Positions 1 through 10,161 of a DNA stretch of 53,176 bases are shown piece by piece. The position numbers and the translations under genes are program-made. Position 1 is the first letter of the stretch. The number at the start of each line of letters is the position of its first letter. Source of the DNA: Synechococcales cyanobacterium VAR_4_metabat_354 (GTDB lineage: Bacteria > Cyanobacteriota > Cyanobacteriia > Cyanobacteriales > Chamaesiphonaceae). The notes beneath the pieces are model-generated. The model did not search any database, was not told where the DNA came from, and worked only from the letters and a program-made list of their open reading frames with translations. The DNA lies in NCBI GenBank assembly GCA_031414775.1, contig JANOQI010000004.1, forward strand, positions 1-53,176, read 5' to 3'.

Positions 1-511
1 ACTGGAGGAGGAAATTTGCTAGTTTGAACTAATCGTTGTTGAGTATTAGAGCTTATCTTCATGCCAGTTAGCATTGCTATATCTGATTCAGCGTTGGCAT
101 AACTGACATTAGCGCTGACCCGTAGACAGCATAGTTCTAAGTAGGGGCTAATTTGCTTACCAACCTCTACACCCAATGCTTGTCCTTGTTTCTGGCTTAA
201 AGGTAAGTTTCCTAAAATACTTTTTACGGTACGGATGTATCCGGCGTTTGTTCCTGTAATTTCTGTGATAAAAAAACACCTAATTGGGGACTCACATGCT
301 TCTGGAGTTGTGTGCGAATTCCCTCCTCAATCTGTCCCAGATTAGTCATCTGACTTTTATCCGCGTCGGCATACAATAGCTTGGCAATCGCTTGAACATG
401 CTCGTCTAGTTTCACTTTTTCGTCTGGGGTCAAGACTTTTCTCCGTCAAAATGGCTGTGAGCTCCATTATACAAGGCTTGATTTTTCTACCAAAAAAGAT
501 GACATGCTCCC
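1..511 (-). mobile_element. ISKra4-family insertion sequence, left part (runs off the window start); frameshifted transposase
   Basis: ORF 433..224 (MTPDEKVKLDEHVQAIAKLLY...HVSPQLGVFLSQ) continues in the -1 frame from a T7 run (270-276) as FITEITGTNAG...ISPYLELCCLRVSANVSY...TQQRLV, open to base 1. This matches the cyanobacterial ISKra4 transposase pattern. The terminal GGGAGCAT (minus strand) begins at 511. Confidence 0.85.
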
Positions 512-1080
512 TATACGATCGCACCCGAACTCGCAACGAGGAGGAAGGAGAATCGATTGTTGAAGAGATCGATTTTGAGTTGGAATTAATTCAGAGGGAT
601 GAGATTAATGTTGGCTATATCCTCAAATTACTAGCAAAACTCCAGCAAGATGTTAAAGACGATGCCACCCAGGAAAACTATCAGAAGAAGAAAGCTTCTA
701 TTCTGGAGCTAATTGGCAAAGAAGTCCAATTACGGAGCAAACGGGATCTGATTGAGAAGTTTATTGAAGAGCGGATGATCGCCATCGAACCAGAACAGAC
801 GATCGAAAACGTGTTTAAAGATTTCTGGAATCAAGAACGGGTTGAAGCAGTTCGGCAACTTTGCATTGAGGAAAATCTCAACGCAGAAGCCGTGAATCAG
901 ATGATCGCCAACTACAAGTTCTCGGGCAAAGAGCCATTAAGGGAAACTGTATTGAGTGCTTGTAACGACAAACCCAAATTATTAGAGCGCAAAAAAATCT
1001 TCGATCGAGTAGTAGCGAAATTACTCGACATTATCAACAAGTTTGATGACGCTCTTGGTGAGTTTGAAGAGGAAGAATAA
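512..1080 (+). pseudogene. hsdR: 3' fragment of type I restriction endonuclease subunit R (EcoR124_C-like C-terminal domain), interrupted by IS
   Basis: IDFELELIQRDEINVGYILKLL...LRSKRDLIEKFI...KPKLLERKKI resembles the HsdR C-terminus. It begins abruptly at the IS end, and the first 20 aa of ORF 451..1080 are IS sequence. Confidence 0.8.
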
Positions 1081-1175
1081 ATTAGTCTCAGAAATTGGGT
1101 GAACTTCACCGCTCCCAGAAGACATCGACGATCATTTCCTTACCAACCCAGAAGACCCAGAGGAGGAAAGTTTGG

Positions 1176-1216
1176 AATTCTCTAGACCAAACCGCCGTAA
1201 GTAGGTCTAGAGAATT
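1176..1216. terminator. Perfect 13-bp inverted repeat, possible terminator or processing hairpin
   Basis: AATTCTCTAGACC-N15-GGTCTAGAGAATT, about 95 bp downstream of the hsdR stop; no U-tract. Confidence 0.4.
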
Positions 1217-1397
1217 AAATGTAAGATGTTTCAATCAGCCAAAATCCTTGCTGGGAAGCAGATATCTTGTAAAGAGTCTTACAAATAATTAGACTTCTCT
1301 ACTTAATTGATAGAACAAGGAATCACTATCGGCAGAGCGATCGACATACCAAAACCCTTTATTGGAGCCGTTCTATCTTTACTGAGCACCCGACACC

Positions 1398-1502
1398 TAT
1401 AATCAAAATAGCCCCCACCAGTGAAGGCGAGGGCCATTCGATCGAACGGACTGTTATCAGCAGCGCGATCGAAACCGAAATAACTAAAAAAAGGATAGCA
1501 TT
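1398..1502 (+). promoter_or_regulatory. -10 box and structured 5' leader of the coiled-coil ORF
   Basis: TATAAT at 1398-1403; hairpins GCCC...GGGC (1411-1434) and TTCGATCG...CTGTT-ATC-AGCAG...CGATCGAA (1437-1473); SD AAGGA at 1491-1495. Confidence 0.45.
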
Positions 1503-1892
1503 ATGACCACCGAAGAATTACAAGCCCTTGTAACCAGTCTGGCAATTTCGACTGCTAACAACGAGAATCAATCCCGCGCCATGTTGGAGGGCTTGGTCAG
1601 CTTACAGGCCAGCGCAGAAAGCCAAGCTCGAAGCATTGAGTCAATCAGAGAAGGTATGAGCTTTAATACTCAAGCAATGGCCAGCTCTCTAGAGTTAGCC
1701 GCATCATCCCAAAGAACAGCAGCAGCAGCGCAAGAAACAGCAGCGGCGGCCATGGAGTTATCAGCTAATACATTCAGAGCGATCGATCGTTCTGAGCAAA
1801 ACATTACCCGTTTAGAACAGATGGTGGAAATCATCATCAAAGATAACCAAGCCGATCGGGCACGAATTAGCGGATTAGAAGGACAAAGTTAG
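1503..1892 (+). CDS. Hypothetical Ala/Ser-rich coiled-coil protein
   Basis: 129-aa ORF with a good SD, heptad periodicity and repeated TAAAAQE/TAAAAME. Confidence 0.75.
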   Translation: MTTEELQALVTSLAISTANNENQSRAMLEGLVSLQASAESQARSIESIREGMSFNTQAMASSLELAASSQRTAAAAQETAAAAMELSANTFRAIDRSEQNITRLEQMVEIIIKDNQADRARISGLEGQS

Positions 1893-1978
1893 CTAGCGAA
1901 AATGGCAGCTGATCAGCGAATAGACCACCTTACAGATTACCCAAGTAATGAATATCTGGATCGAGAGAAAAGCAACTG

Positions 1979-2152
1979 ACCGTTGATTAATAATTTCGAC
2001 TATGCCGATCTTATCTACCAATCCAGCTTCGATTCCTAGATGATCTATATTTTCTATGCTGATTACTGAATTAATGATGACCTTTTTGCCTTCTGGCTTT
2101 GATTTAGCTCTATTTTAATTTTCGGATGGCCTCTTCAACTAGCGGAATGTGG
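1979..2152 (-). mobile_element. IS1634-family remnant (left end plus transposase N-terminus)
   Basis: The minus strand begins CCACATTCCGCT and encodes SIENIDHLGIEAGLVDKIGIVEIINQR, matching the IS1634 N-terminal motif (NxDHLGxVAGxxDExGxVExIN). No ATG; truncated. Confidence 0.75.
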
Positions 2153-2173
2153 ATTTAAACGCGGACTTTGAAC

Positions 2174-2677
2174 TCAACCTCGTAATTGTTTAACCAGATG
2201 ATTGATTTCCGGCAAAATTATTTGTGACACTCCCAGCTGCACAGCCCCTCGCGATCCTGGCAAAGAAAAAACTAACAAATTTTGATAGGTGCCAGCGATC
2301 GATCGAGAGGCGATCGCCCTAGTACCAATTTCGGCATAACTAAGCTGGCGAAAAATCTCACCAAATCCCGGTAGGGTCTTGTCCAGCATTCTGGCTAGGG
2401 CATCATAGGTGGTATCACGGGGGGCAATGCCAGTGCCGCCATTAAAAATTGCCACTTGCACCTGTTGATTTTCGCCCAATTCGGTCAGTAACTCCGTAAT
2501 CTGAGCTGGTTCATCGGGCAAAATTCGGTAGACCACCACTTGGTGACCAGCGGCCGTAAGTAACTGCTGAATCAGCTGACCACTCTGATCTGTCTTTGGG
2601 GTTCTGGTATCACTGATCGTAATCACAGCACAGTCGATCGATCGAATTTGAGCGTCGGGATGAGGAATAGAAGTCAT
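2174..2677 (-). CDS. moaB: Molybdenum cofactor biosynthesis protein MoaB/MogA
   Basis: TISDTRT...DQSG, NGGTGIAPRDTT, LPGFGEIFR and SLPGS motifs. Confidence 0.92.
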   Translation of the reverse strand: MTSIPHPDAQIRSIDCAVITISDTRTPKTDQSGQLIQQLLTAAGHQVVVYRILPDEPAQITELLTELGENQQVQVAIFNGGTGIAPRDTTYDALARMLDKTLPGFGEIFRQLSYAEIGTRAIASRSIAGTYQNLLVFSLPGSRGAVQLGVSQIILPEINHLVKQLRG

Positions 2678-2748
2678 GGTAATTGCGGCGGATTGCTAAA
2701 ATGTCTCCCACTGCTACAATGGAGCGGTTGTATTCATGTGACGGATCA

Positions 2749-4044
2749 GTGATCGAGCGCTATACATTGCCCGAAATGGGTGAGATTTGGACAGAAAATT
2801 ACAAGTTTAAAACTTGGCTGCAAGTAGAAATTGCTGTTTGTGAAGCCCAGGCTGAGTTGGGATACATTCCGCCAGCAGCAGTAGCCGAGATTAAAGCCAA
2901 GGCCAATTTTAGCGTAGATCGGATTCTAGAAATTGAAGCCGAAGTCCGTCACGATGTTATTGCCTTCTTAACCAATGTTAATGAGTACGTAGGCGATGCT
3001 GGTCGCTATATCCATTTAGGCATGACCAGTTCCGATGTGTTAGATACCGCTTTGGCCCTGCAAATGGTGGCCAGTGCCGACATTATCATTAATCATGTGG
3101 AACAACTAGCCGAGGCCATTCGCACTCGCGCTACCGAGCACCGCGATACCGTGATGGTCGGTCGTTCCCATGGCATCCACGCTGAACCAATTACCTTTGG
3201 CTTTAAGCTGGCCGGTTGGTTAGCAGAAGTCCTGCGGAATCGCGATCGATTGATTGCTGTTCGCAACAATATTGCTGTCGGGAAAATTTCTGGAGCCGTG
3301 GGTACTTATGCCAATATTGAACCGCGCGTCGAAGCCTTAGCCTGTGAAAAAATGGGCTTGCGACCAGATGTTGCTTCCACCCAGGTAATTTCTCGCGATA
3401 TCCATGCTGATTTTGCCAATGTTTTGGCGCTGTTGGGAGCATCGATCGAACGCTTCGCCGTCGAGATTCGCAACCTCCAAAAAACTGACCTGTTAGAAGT
3501 GGAAGAATTCTTCTCTAAAGGCCAAAAGGGATCTTCAGCGATGCCCCACAAACGGAACCCGATTAGATCGGAACGCTTAACCGGGATGGCCAGAATTTTG
3601 CGAGCTAATGCCGTGGCGGCAATCGAGAACGTTGCGCTGTGGCACGAGCGGGATATCTCCCACAGCTCCGTCGAGCGGATTTGCCTGCCGGATTCTTGCA
3701 TCTTGGCGCATTTCATGTTGGTAGAAACCACTAATTTAGTCAAGAATTTGCTGGTTTACCCCGACAATATGCAGCGGAATATGAACTGCTATGGCGGCGT
3801 AGTCTTCAGTCAGCAGGTATTACTAGCCTTGGTCAGCAAGGGCATGAACCGCGAAACCGCTTATTCGATCGTTCAATCTAATGCTCATACGGCTTGGAAC
3901 AAACCCGGCGGCGATTTCCAGGCATTGGTGCGCCAAGATATCCGGGTAACTGAGCATCTGGCTCCCCCAGAGATCGATCAATGCTTTAACCCTCAGCATC
4001 ATCTCCAGCACACCACCGCTGTCTACCAGCGGCTGGGTATCTAA
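2749..4044 (+). CDS. purB: Adenylosuccinate lyase
   Basis: (M)IERY start at GTG 2749; RHDVIAF, HLGMTSSD and the fumarase-family signature GSSAMPHKRNP. Confidence 0.97.
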   Translation: MIERYTLPEMGEIWTENYKFKTWLQVEIAVCEAQAELGYIPPAAVAEIKAKANFSVDRILEIEAEVRHDVIAFLTNVNEYVGDAGRYIHLGMTSSDVLDTALALQMVASADIIINHVEQLAEAIRTRATEHRDTVMVGRSHGIHAEPITFGFKLAGWLAEVLRNRDRLIAVRNNIAVGKISGAVGTYANIEPRVEALACEKMGLRPDVASTQVISRDIHADFANVLALLGASIERFAVEIRNLQKTDLLEVEEFFSKGQKGSSAMPHKRNPIRSERLTGMARILRANAVAAIENVALWHERDISHSSVERICLPDSCILAHFMLVETTNLVKNLLVYPDNMQRNMNCYGGVVFSQQVLLALVSKGMNRETAYSIVQSNAHTAWNKPGGDFQALVRQDIRVTEHLAPPEIDQCFNPQHHLQHTTAVYQRLGI

Positions 4045-4111
4045 GACCGCATCTACGCTAAGATCGTAGGCTAAGCAGCTCAAACTTGATTACACCGATA
4101 CAGATTTAGTC

Positions 4112-5095
4112 ATGGCAGAAACTCTATTTTTTAACGCCCTCCGGGCAGCGATCGATGAAGAAATGGCTCAGGACGGCAATGTCCTGGTAATTGGTGAAGA
4201 TGTTGGCCACTATGGTGGTTCCTACAAAGTCACTAAAGACCTCCATAAAAAATATGGAGATCTGCGGATTTTAGACACGCCGATCGCGGAAAATAGCTTT
4301 GTGGGCATGGCCATCGGCGCTGCCATGACCGGTCTCCGGCCGATCATCGAAGGGATGAATATGGGATTTTTGCTGCTGGCCTTTAACCAAATCTCCAACA
4401 ACGCTGGGATGCTGCGCTACACCTCCGGCGGCAACTTTAAAATCCCGATCGTCATTCGTGGACCCGGTGGGGTTGGTAAAAATCTCGGTGCCGAGCATTC
4501 CCAACGTCTGGAAGCATACTTCCAAGCCGTACCTGGCCTAAAAATTGTGGCTTGTTCCACGCCTTACAATGCCAAAGGTTTACTGAAAGCGGCTATTCGG
4601 GATAATAATCCGGTGCTGTTTTTTGAGCATGTCTTACTCTATAACCTCAAGGAAGATCTACCTGATACCGACTACGTTTGTGCTCTCGATAAAGCCGAAG
4701 TGGTACGCACAGGCAAAGATGTCACCATCTTGACTTACTCCCGGATGCGCTACCACGTCTTGCAAGCGCTAAAAACACTGGAAGCCGAAGGCTATGACCC
4801 GGAGATTATTGACCTAATTTCTCTTAAGCCTTTGGATATGGAAACCATCACGGCCTCGATCCGCAAGACCCACAAGGTTATTATTGTGGAAGAGTGCATG
4901 AAAACTGGTGGGATTGCGGCAGAACTCACTGCCTCAATTATGGATACCTGTTTTGATGAATTAGATGCCCCAGTGGTGCGGATGTCTTCCCAAGATATCC
5001 CCACCCCTTACAATGGCAAGTTAGAATACCTGACGATCGTACAACCGCCGCAGATCGTGGCAGCGGTCAAAAATATGGTTGATGGTCACACTTAA
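4112..5095 (+). CDS. pdhB: Pyruvate dehydrogenase E1 beta subunit
   Basis: [32 protein letters not shown]. Confidence 0.97.
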   Translation: MAETLFFNALRAAIDEEMAQDGNVLVIGEDVGHYGGSYKVTKDLHKKYGDLRILDTPIAENSFVGMAIGAAMTGLRPIIEGMNMGFLLLAFNQISNNAGMLRYTSGGNFKIPIVIRGPGGVGKNLGAEHSQRLEAYFQAVPGLKIVACSTPYNAKGLLKAAIRDNNPVLFFEHVLLYNLKEDLPDTDYVCALDKAEVVRTGKDVTILTYSRMRYHVLQALKTLEAEGYDPEIIDLISLKPLDMETITASIRKTHKVIIVEECMKTGGIAAELTASIMDTCFDELDAPVVRMSSQDIPTPYNGKLEYLTIVQPPQIVAAVKNMVDGHT

Positions 5096-5163
5096 GGTGT
5101 TGTACTACTAACTAAATTCGCTGTAACTTCCAGTCCCAGTCAACTTTTACTAACTTCTTGGTC

Positions 5164-6579
5164 ATGCAAAAACAGCGTCTTATTTTAGGACTGATTATAT
5201 TACTGGTAGTTGCCGCCATTACGGCTTTGGTGAAGCTGCCTATACATCTGGGACTGGACTTGCAAGGTGGTTCGCAGCTAACCATCCAAGTACAACCCAC
5301 CAAAGATATTCCCAAAATCACTGACGAGAATCTGGAAGATGTCAAAAAGGTAATTGAAAACCGGATTAACGGCTTGGGAGTCTCGGAACCGTTGGTACAG
5401 ACCATGGGTAATAAACAGATTCTGGTACAGTTGCCGGGGGTGAGCGATCCGCAAGAAGCCGAGAAAGTGCTAGGTGGTACGGCGCAGTTAGATTTTCGGG
5501 AGCAAAAACCGGATACTGAAGAAAAGTTTCAAGCCGTTAGTCAGCAAAACCAGATCGCTCAAGTTCAAATGGACATCTTGAAAAAGTCTGGGAATAAAGA
5601 CCCCCAGACGATCGAGAAGGCTAAAGCTGAACTGAAGAAAAGCAATGAGTTGATCGCCGAATTGTTTTCGGCTCCTCAGCTTACTGGTAAAAACTTGGTC
5701 GGTGCCCAGTCACGGCCAACTCAGTCTGTAGATGCTTGGGATGTGTCTTTACAGTTTGATAAAGCGGGCGGTGATGCTTTTGCCCAGCTAACCAAGAATC
5801 TGGCTGGCACCGGTCGGAGTATCGGTATTTTTCTAGATGGTGGCCTCATCTCTCGTCCGATCGTAGATATCCAATATAAAGCTACTGGTATTTCTGGTGG
5901 TGGTGCGACTATTAACGGGAATTTCAAGGCTAAAGATGCTGAAAGTTTAGCCGTGCAGCTACGTGGTGGAGCCTTGCCTTTACCGGTCGAAATTGTGGAA
6001 AATCGGACAGTGGGAGCCACCCTAGGACAAGCAAGTATCCGTAGTAGTCTTTATGCTGCTGGCGGCGGTCTGGCTTTGGTGTTGATCTTTATGGGTATTT
6101 ACTATCGGGTATTGGGCTTGGTAGCCAATGTTTCCCTAGTGATTTATACCTTGCTCACGCTAGCAGTTTTTAATATTTTGGGAGTAACGCTCACTCTACC
6201 GGGGATTGCTGGTTTCATCTTAAGTATTGGGATGGCCGTAGATGCCAATGTTTTGATCTTTGAGCGGACTCGTGAAGAACTAAAAGCCGGGAAAACCTTG
6301 TATCGATCGGTCGAATCTGGATTTCACCGCGCTTTTTCCAGCATTTTGGATAGTAACCTTACCACTCTAATTTCCTGTGGTGCGCTCTTCTGGCTGGGAA
6401 CTGGCTTGCTCAAAGGGTTTGCTTTTACCCTGGGATTGGGTGTAGTGGTCAGTATGTTCACGGCTCTGACCTGTAGTCGCACATTTCTGTTGTTGTTAGT
6501 GCTAGGTTTTCCTACTCTCCGTCAAAGTCCGCAGCTGTTTTGTCCGAACCTGCCCAAACTCGCTGAACCCACCGTTTAA
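5164..6579 (+). CDS. secD: Protein translocase subunit SecD
   Basis: LGLDLQGG, RINGLGVSEP, LRGGALP, GMAVDANVLIFER; ATG at 5164. Confidence 0.96.
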   Translation: MQKQRLILGLIILLVVAAITALVKLPIHLGLDLQGGSQLTIQVQPTKDIPKITDENLEDVKKVIENRINGLGVSEPLVQTMGNKQILVQLPGVSDPQEAEKVLGGTAQLDFREQKPDTEEKFQAVSQQNQIAQVQMDILKKSGNKDPQTIEKAKAELKKSNELIAELFSAPQLTGKNLVGAQSRPTQSVDAWDVSLQFDKAGGDAFAQLTKNLAGTGRSIGIFLDGGLISRPIVDIQYKATGISGGGATINGNFKAKDAESLAVQLRGGALPLPVEIVENRTVGATLGQASIRSSLYAAGGGLALVLIFMGIYYRVLGLVANVSLVIYTLLTLAVFNILGVTLTLPGIAGFILSIGMAVDANVLIFERTREELKAGKTLYRSVESGFHRAFSSILDSNLTTLISCGALFWLGTGLLKGFAFTLGLGVVVSMFTALTCSRTFLLLLVLGFPTLRQSPQLFCPNLPKLAEPTV

Positions 6580-6601
6580 ATTTCACCCTTAAAAACAAGT
6601 T

Positions 6602-7543
6602 ATGAAACTGAAAGTTATTCAGCAGCGCAAGATTTGGTGGAGCCTTTCCATTGCAGTTATTTTGGCCGGAATTGCAGCCATGGTGATTTCCTGGAATCGC
6701 CCGGACATCCGGGCACCTTTGCGTCCGAGCCTCGACTTTATTGGCGGTAGTAAACTGCAATATGAGTTGGACTGTACTGCTCCCAATAGTTGCCAACAGC
6801 CGATCGATATCAATGCGGTGCGAAAAGTAACTGATAGTCAAGGGTTTGTTGGTAGTACGGTACAGCCTATCGGTAAAACAGGTATTACCATTAGAACTCG
6901 CGAGCTGAAACAGGCTGAACGACAAAAATTAGAAGTGGCTTTGGCAGAAAAAATTGGCAAGCTTGATCCGAGCAAGATCCAAAATGACACTGTAGGACCA
7001 ACCTTGGGTAAGCAATTATTTACGAATGGATTACTATCGATCGGGATTTCTTTTCTAGGAATTTTTCTGTATTTGGCAGTGCGGTTCCAGATTGACTATG
7101 CATTTTTTGCTTTTGTAGCACTATTTCATGATGTATTTATTACAGTCGGCATCTTTGCCATTTTGGGTTTAACTAACGGCATTGAAGCCGATAGCCTATT
7201 TGTAGTAGCGATCTTAACAATCATTGGTTTCTCGGTGAACGATACAGTGGTAATTTATGATCGAATTCGCGAAGTGGTATCCCTCAACCCCAATGAACCG
7301 ATCAATCAAATTGTGGAAGATGCCGTTAACCAAACTCTCACTCGATCGATCAACACCACTCTCACCGTCTTGTTGACTCTATTTTCGATATTTATTTTTG
7401 GTGGCGAGACCTTGCATAACTTTGCACTAGCTCTCATCATTGGTTTTACAGCCGGTGCCTATTCCAGTATTTTTATTGCCAGTACTTTGCTAGCTTGGTG
7501 GCGCGCGCGGCGACCAAAAAACATGCCTACTGCCAGTATTTAG
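6602..7543 (+). CDS. secF: Protein translocase subunit SecF
   Basis: LDFIGGS, VGPTLG, ALFHDV, GFSVNDTVVIYDRIRE; follows secD. Confidence 0.96.
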   Translation: MKLKVIQQRKIWWSLSIAVILAGIAAMVISWNRPDIRAPLRPSLDFIGGSKLQYELDCTAPNSCQQPIDINAVRKVTDSQGFVGSTVQPIGKTGITIRTRELKQAERQKLEVALAEKIGKLDPSKIQNDTVGPTLGKQLFTNGLLSIGISFLGIFLYLAVRFQIDYAFFAFVALFHDVFITVGIFAILGLTNGIEADSLFVVAILTIIGFSVNDTVVIYDRIREVVSLNPNEPINQIVEDAVNQTLTRSINTTLTVLLTLFSIFIFGGETLHNFALALIIGFTAGAYSSIFIASTLLAWWRARRPKNMPTASI

Positions 7544-7545
7544 TC

Positions 7546-7950
7546 ATGTCTTCCCACAATCGAGCTAAACCCGATTCAGAACTGCCCCCCGATCTGTTGC
7601 TGGCTCAGCAGGTGGCTAAGCTACAGCAACTAGAGGTGTGGCGGCGGTGGCTATCGATGCTACTGATGTGGCTAACACTGGGTTGGTGGAGCCTGTGGGA
7701 GCTACGGGAGAGTATTGTCATTTTACAAGAATACTTTTCTTGGCCAGGAGTAGTTTATGGCTTCTACTTTCATCTGGGGGGTGGGTGTGGCTTGCTATTT
7801 TGTGTGTTGTCTACCTGTTCTAGTCTTGTCTGGCAAATCGGTCACGTTTCTGGTCAGCTGTCGGCCAAAGAACGCCATCAACTGGAAGTTAGAGTTCAGC
7901 AAATTCAAGCCAGCAAAAAAGAAAGCTGGTTATGGCGTTGGATCAATTAA
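7546..7950 (+). CDS. Hypothetical membrane protein
   Basis: ATG 2 nt after the secF stop; two hydrophobic segments; ends ...SWLWRWIN. Confidence 0.7.
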   Translation: MSSHNRAKPDSELPPDLLLAQQVAKLQQLEVWRRWLSMLLMWLTLGWWSLWELRESIVILQEYFSWPGVVYGFYFHLGGGCGLLFCVLSTCSSLVWQIGHVSGQLSAKERHQLEVRVQQIQASKKESWLWRWIN

Positions 7951-7975
7951 GAGACTTGGTCTAAATTAGTTCCCA

Positions 7976-8740
7976 TTAAAGCTTGACCGCATTACCGGTA
8001 CCTTGGAACATCACCCACGACAAGAAAAAATTAGAAATAAAAATAGCTAACAACGAAGTCACCACTGCCGCCGTCGTTGACTCTCCCACCCCCTTTGCTC
8101 CACCAGTAGTTGTTAAACCCCAGTTACAACCAATGATCGCAATCATTGCCCCAAAACATAATCCTTTAATGGGTGCGCTAGCTATATCCCAAGGGTCGAG
8201 AAAGGTTTGGCAAGATTCAATAAAAACTTTAGATGGCAAATTATAAATACTAGTAGCAATTAGCCATCCACCGGCTAAGCCCGTGCCGATCGACATCAAT
8301 GTCAGAATCGGTAACATCACACAACAGGCGATGAGGCGCGGAATCACCAGATAGTCGATCGGATCAGTCTTTAAAACATAAAGAGCATCAATCTGTTCAC
8401 TCACTCTCATGGTGCCAATCTCCGCGGCAAAGGCTGATCCCACTCGACCAGCTACCACTACAGCCGTCAAAACCGGTGCCAGCTCGCGGGTCAGAGACAG
8501 TGACAGTACTCCCCCCACCGCTTGTCCGGCCCCAATACTAATGAACTCTCTAGCTACTTGGATAGTGAACACCATGCCCACTGTCGTTGAAGTCAGGATC
8601 GCAATCAGGATAGAAGCCGGGCCAACAAAGCTCATTTGCTCAATAATATTGCTGTAGTGAAATCTTCCTTTCAGAACATGAATGAGTGCCTGTCCACCCA
8701 GCAAAATTGCGGTAAATAGACGCTTTAACCATCTCTGCAT
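7976..8740 (-). CDS. mlaE: MlaE/TGD1 (Ycf63)-family lipid ABC transporter permease
   Basis: RELAPVLTA, GSAFAAEIGTMRVSEQIDAL, GGAKGVG. Confidence 0.93.
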   Translation of the reverse strand: MQRWLKRLFTAILLGGQALIHVLKGRFHYSNIIEQMSFVGPASILIAILTSTTVGMVFTIQVAREFISIGAGQAVGGVLSLSLTRELAPVLTAVVVAGRVGSAFAAEIGTMRVSEQIDALYVLKTDPIDYLVIPRLIACCVMLPILTLMSIGTGLAGGWLIATSIYNLPSKVFIESCQTFLDPWDIASAPIKGLCFGAMIAIIGCNWGLTTTGGAKGVGESTTAAVVTSLLAIFISNFFLSWVMFQGTGNAVKL

Positions 8741-8799
8741 AAATTTTTCCGCTCTGGAGACTGGGGTATTATTTTAACATTAGTGGACTGCCTGGTACA

Positions 8800-10161
8800 T
8801 CAGAGGATCTTGCGGCCAGTCAAGATTTCGCGGACCTCTAACATCGCCGAGTAAGTAGGGATAATATGCAAAGTTTCATCAGCAGGGGTTAGCTCCAATG
8901 CCTTTTGCACCGCCGCAGCGGTGTCTGGTTCGATGACCAGCCGACAGCCGCTCCCCAGCTGTTCTTTGCTGTACTCTAAACGCAGTGCCATATCAAACAC
9001 CCGATCGCCACTCACCACGATGGTACCGCCAGAATTGACAAATTTTTCAGTGTCCACGTCCCAAATCCAAGAAACATCGGTGCCATCGGGAGTTCGATCA
9101 TTGAGGATCATCAGTGTGACAGAGCTGCCGCCCGCTTTTTGCACTTGCTCGATCGCTCGAATGGTCTCATTCATCCCCACCGGATTTTTGGTGAGCAGAA
9201 TTCGCACTTTTTTGCCCTGATAGACGAGTTCTTCGGCTCGGCCAAAGGCCGCTTGGAAGTTCCCAATCACATCTATTATTTTCTCAGTACCCACACCGAT
9301 CGATTGGGCGGTGGTGATTGCGGCCAGAGTGTTGTATTTGTTATAAACCCCGATTAGTACCTGTGGCCATTTGCGGCTGTCGATCGACAGCTCATTTTTA
9401 TGAAAACCACACTGGGGACAGGCATAGTCACCCTGATGGGAAAGATACACACCTTGATAATCGAGAGCATGACCACAGCTAGGGCAGTAAATAGAATCTA
9501 CGGCGTGGGGAATTTCATCTAGATACAGCTCTGGTTCGCTGAGACCAAAATACGCAACCTGCTTAGGAATAGGCGCAGCAACCATTTGCTGGCCAAAGTG
9601 AGTCAGCGCTGGGTCGTCGCCATTGATAATCAGAGTGGTGGTGGGTGGCAAATCCGCAATCACCTTTGCCCATTTATAAATAATGGTATCCACCTCTCCG
9701 TACCGGTCGAGCTGATCGCGAAATAGATTGAGAGCCATGATATATCTGGGTTGCAATTGCGGCAGTACCAGCGGAATCACATTTTCGTCTACTTCTAAAA
9801 TGCCAAAATCGGCTTTGAGTTGACCAGTTAAACTAGTGTGATCAAGCAAGGTGGTGATCAGACCATTAACCAGATTGGCTCCGGCCTCGTTATGGACTAC
9901 CGACCAACCATCTTTTTCCAGCATGGCGCGTAGCAGCAAAGAAGTAGTTGTTTTGCCATTGGTACCAGCCACTACGATCACACCATGCTTAATCTGCTGT
10001 GAGAGCAGATTTAAAATCCGAGGGTGCAGATTTTTAGCGATCGTACCCGGTAAAACACTAGCCGCTCCTAGTTTCAGGGTACGAATGGTAGTAGTAATAG
10101 CTTTGGCCGCAAATACAGCGGTGCCCAGTCTTACTCGATCGATGAAACTAATTTTGCCCAT
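8800..10161 (-). CDS. murT: MurT-like Mur ligase (lipid II isoglutaminyl synthase subunit, DUF1727)
   Basis: GTNGKTTT, NLFRDQLDRYGE, CxxC...CxxC, KNPVG, DVSWIWD, PTYSAM. gatD is not adjacent. Confidence 0.85.
   Translation of the reverse strand: MGKISFIDRVRLGTAVFAAKAITTTIRTLKLGAASVLPGTIAKNLHPRILNLLSQQIKHGVIVVAGTNGKTTTSLLLRAMLEKDGWSVVHNEAGANLVNGLITTLLDHTSLTGQLKADFGILEVDENVIPLVLPQLQPRYIMALNLFRDQLDRYGEVDTIIYKWAKVIADLPPTTTLIINGDDPALTHFGQQMVAAPIPKQVAYFGLSEPELYLDEIPHAVDSIYCPSCGHALDYQGVYLSHQGDYACPQCGFHKNELSIDSRKWPQVLIGVYNKYNTLAAITTAQSIGVGTEKIIDVIGNFQAAFGRAEELVYQGKKVRILLTKNPVGMNETIRAIEQVQKAGGSSVTLMILNDRTPDGTDVSWIWDVDTEKFVNSGGTIVVSGDRVFDMALRLEYSKEQLGSGCRLVIEPDTAAAVQKALELTPADETLHIIPTYSAMLEVREILTGRKIL

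Noticed and set aside
451..511. N-terminus of ORF 451..1080 as a genuine gene start
   Set aside because: It lies inside the ISKra4 end; HsdR-like sequence begins only after 511.
1220..1380. CCAAAATCCTTGCTGGG and CCAAAACCCTT motifs resembling a cyanobacterial CRISPR leader
   Set aside because: No repeat-spacer array or cas gene was seen anywhere in the window.
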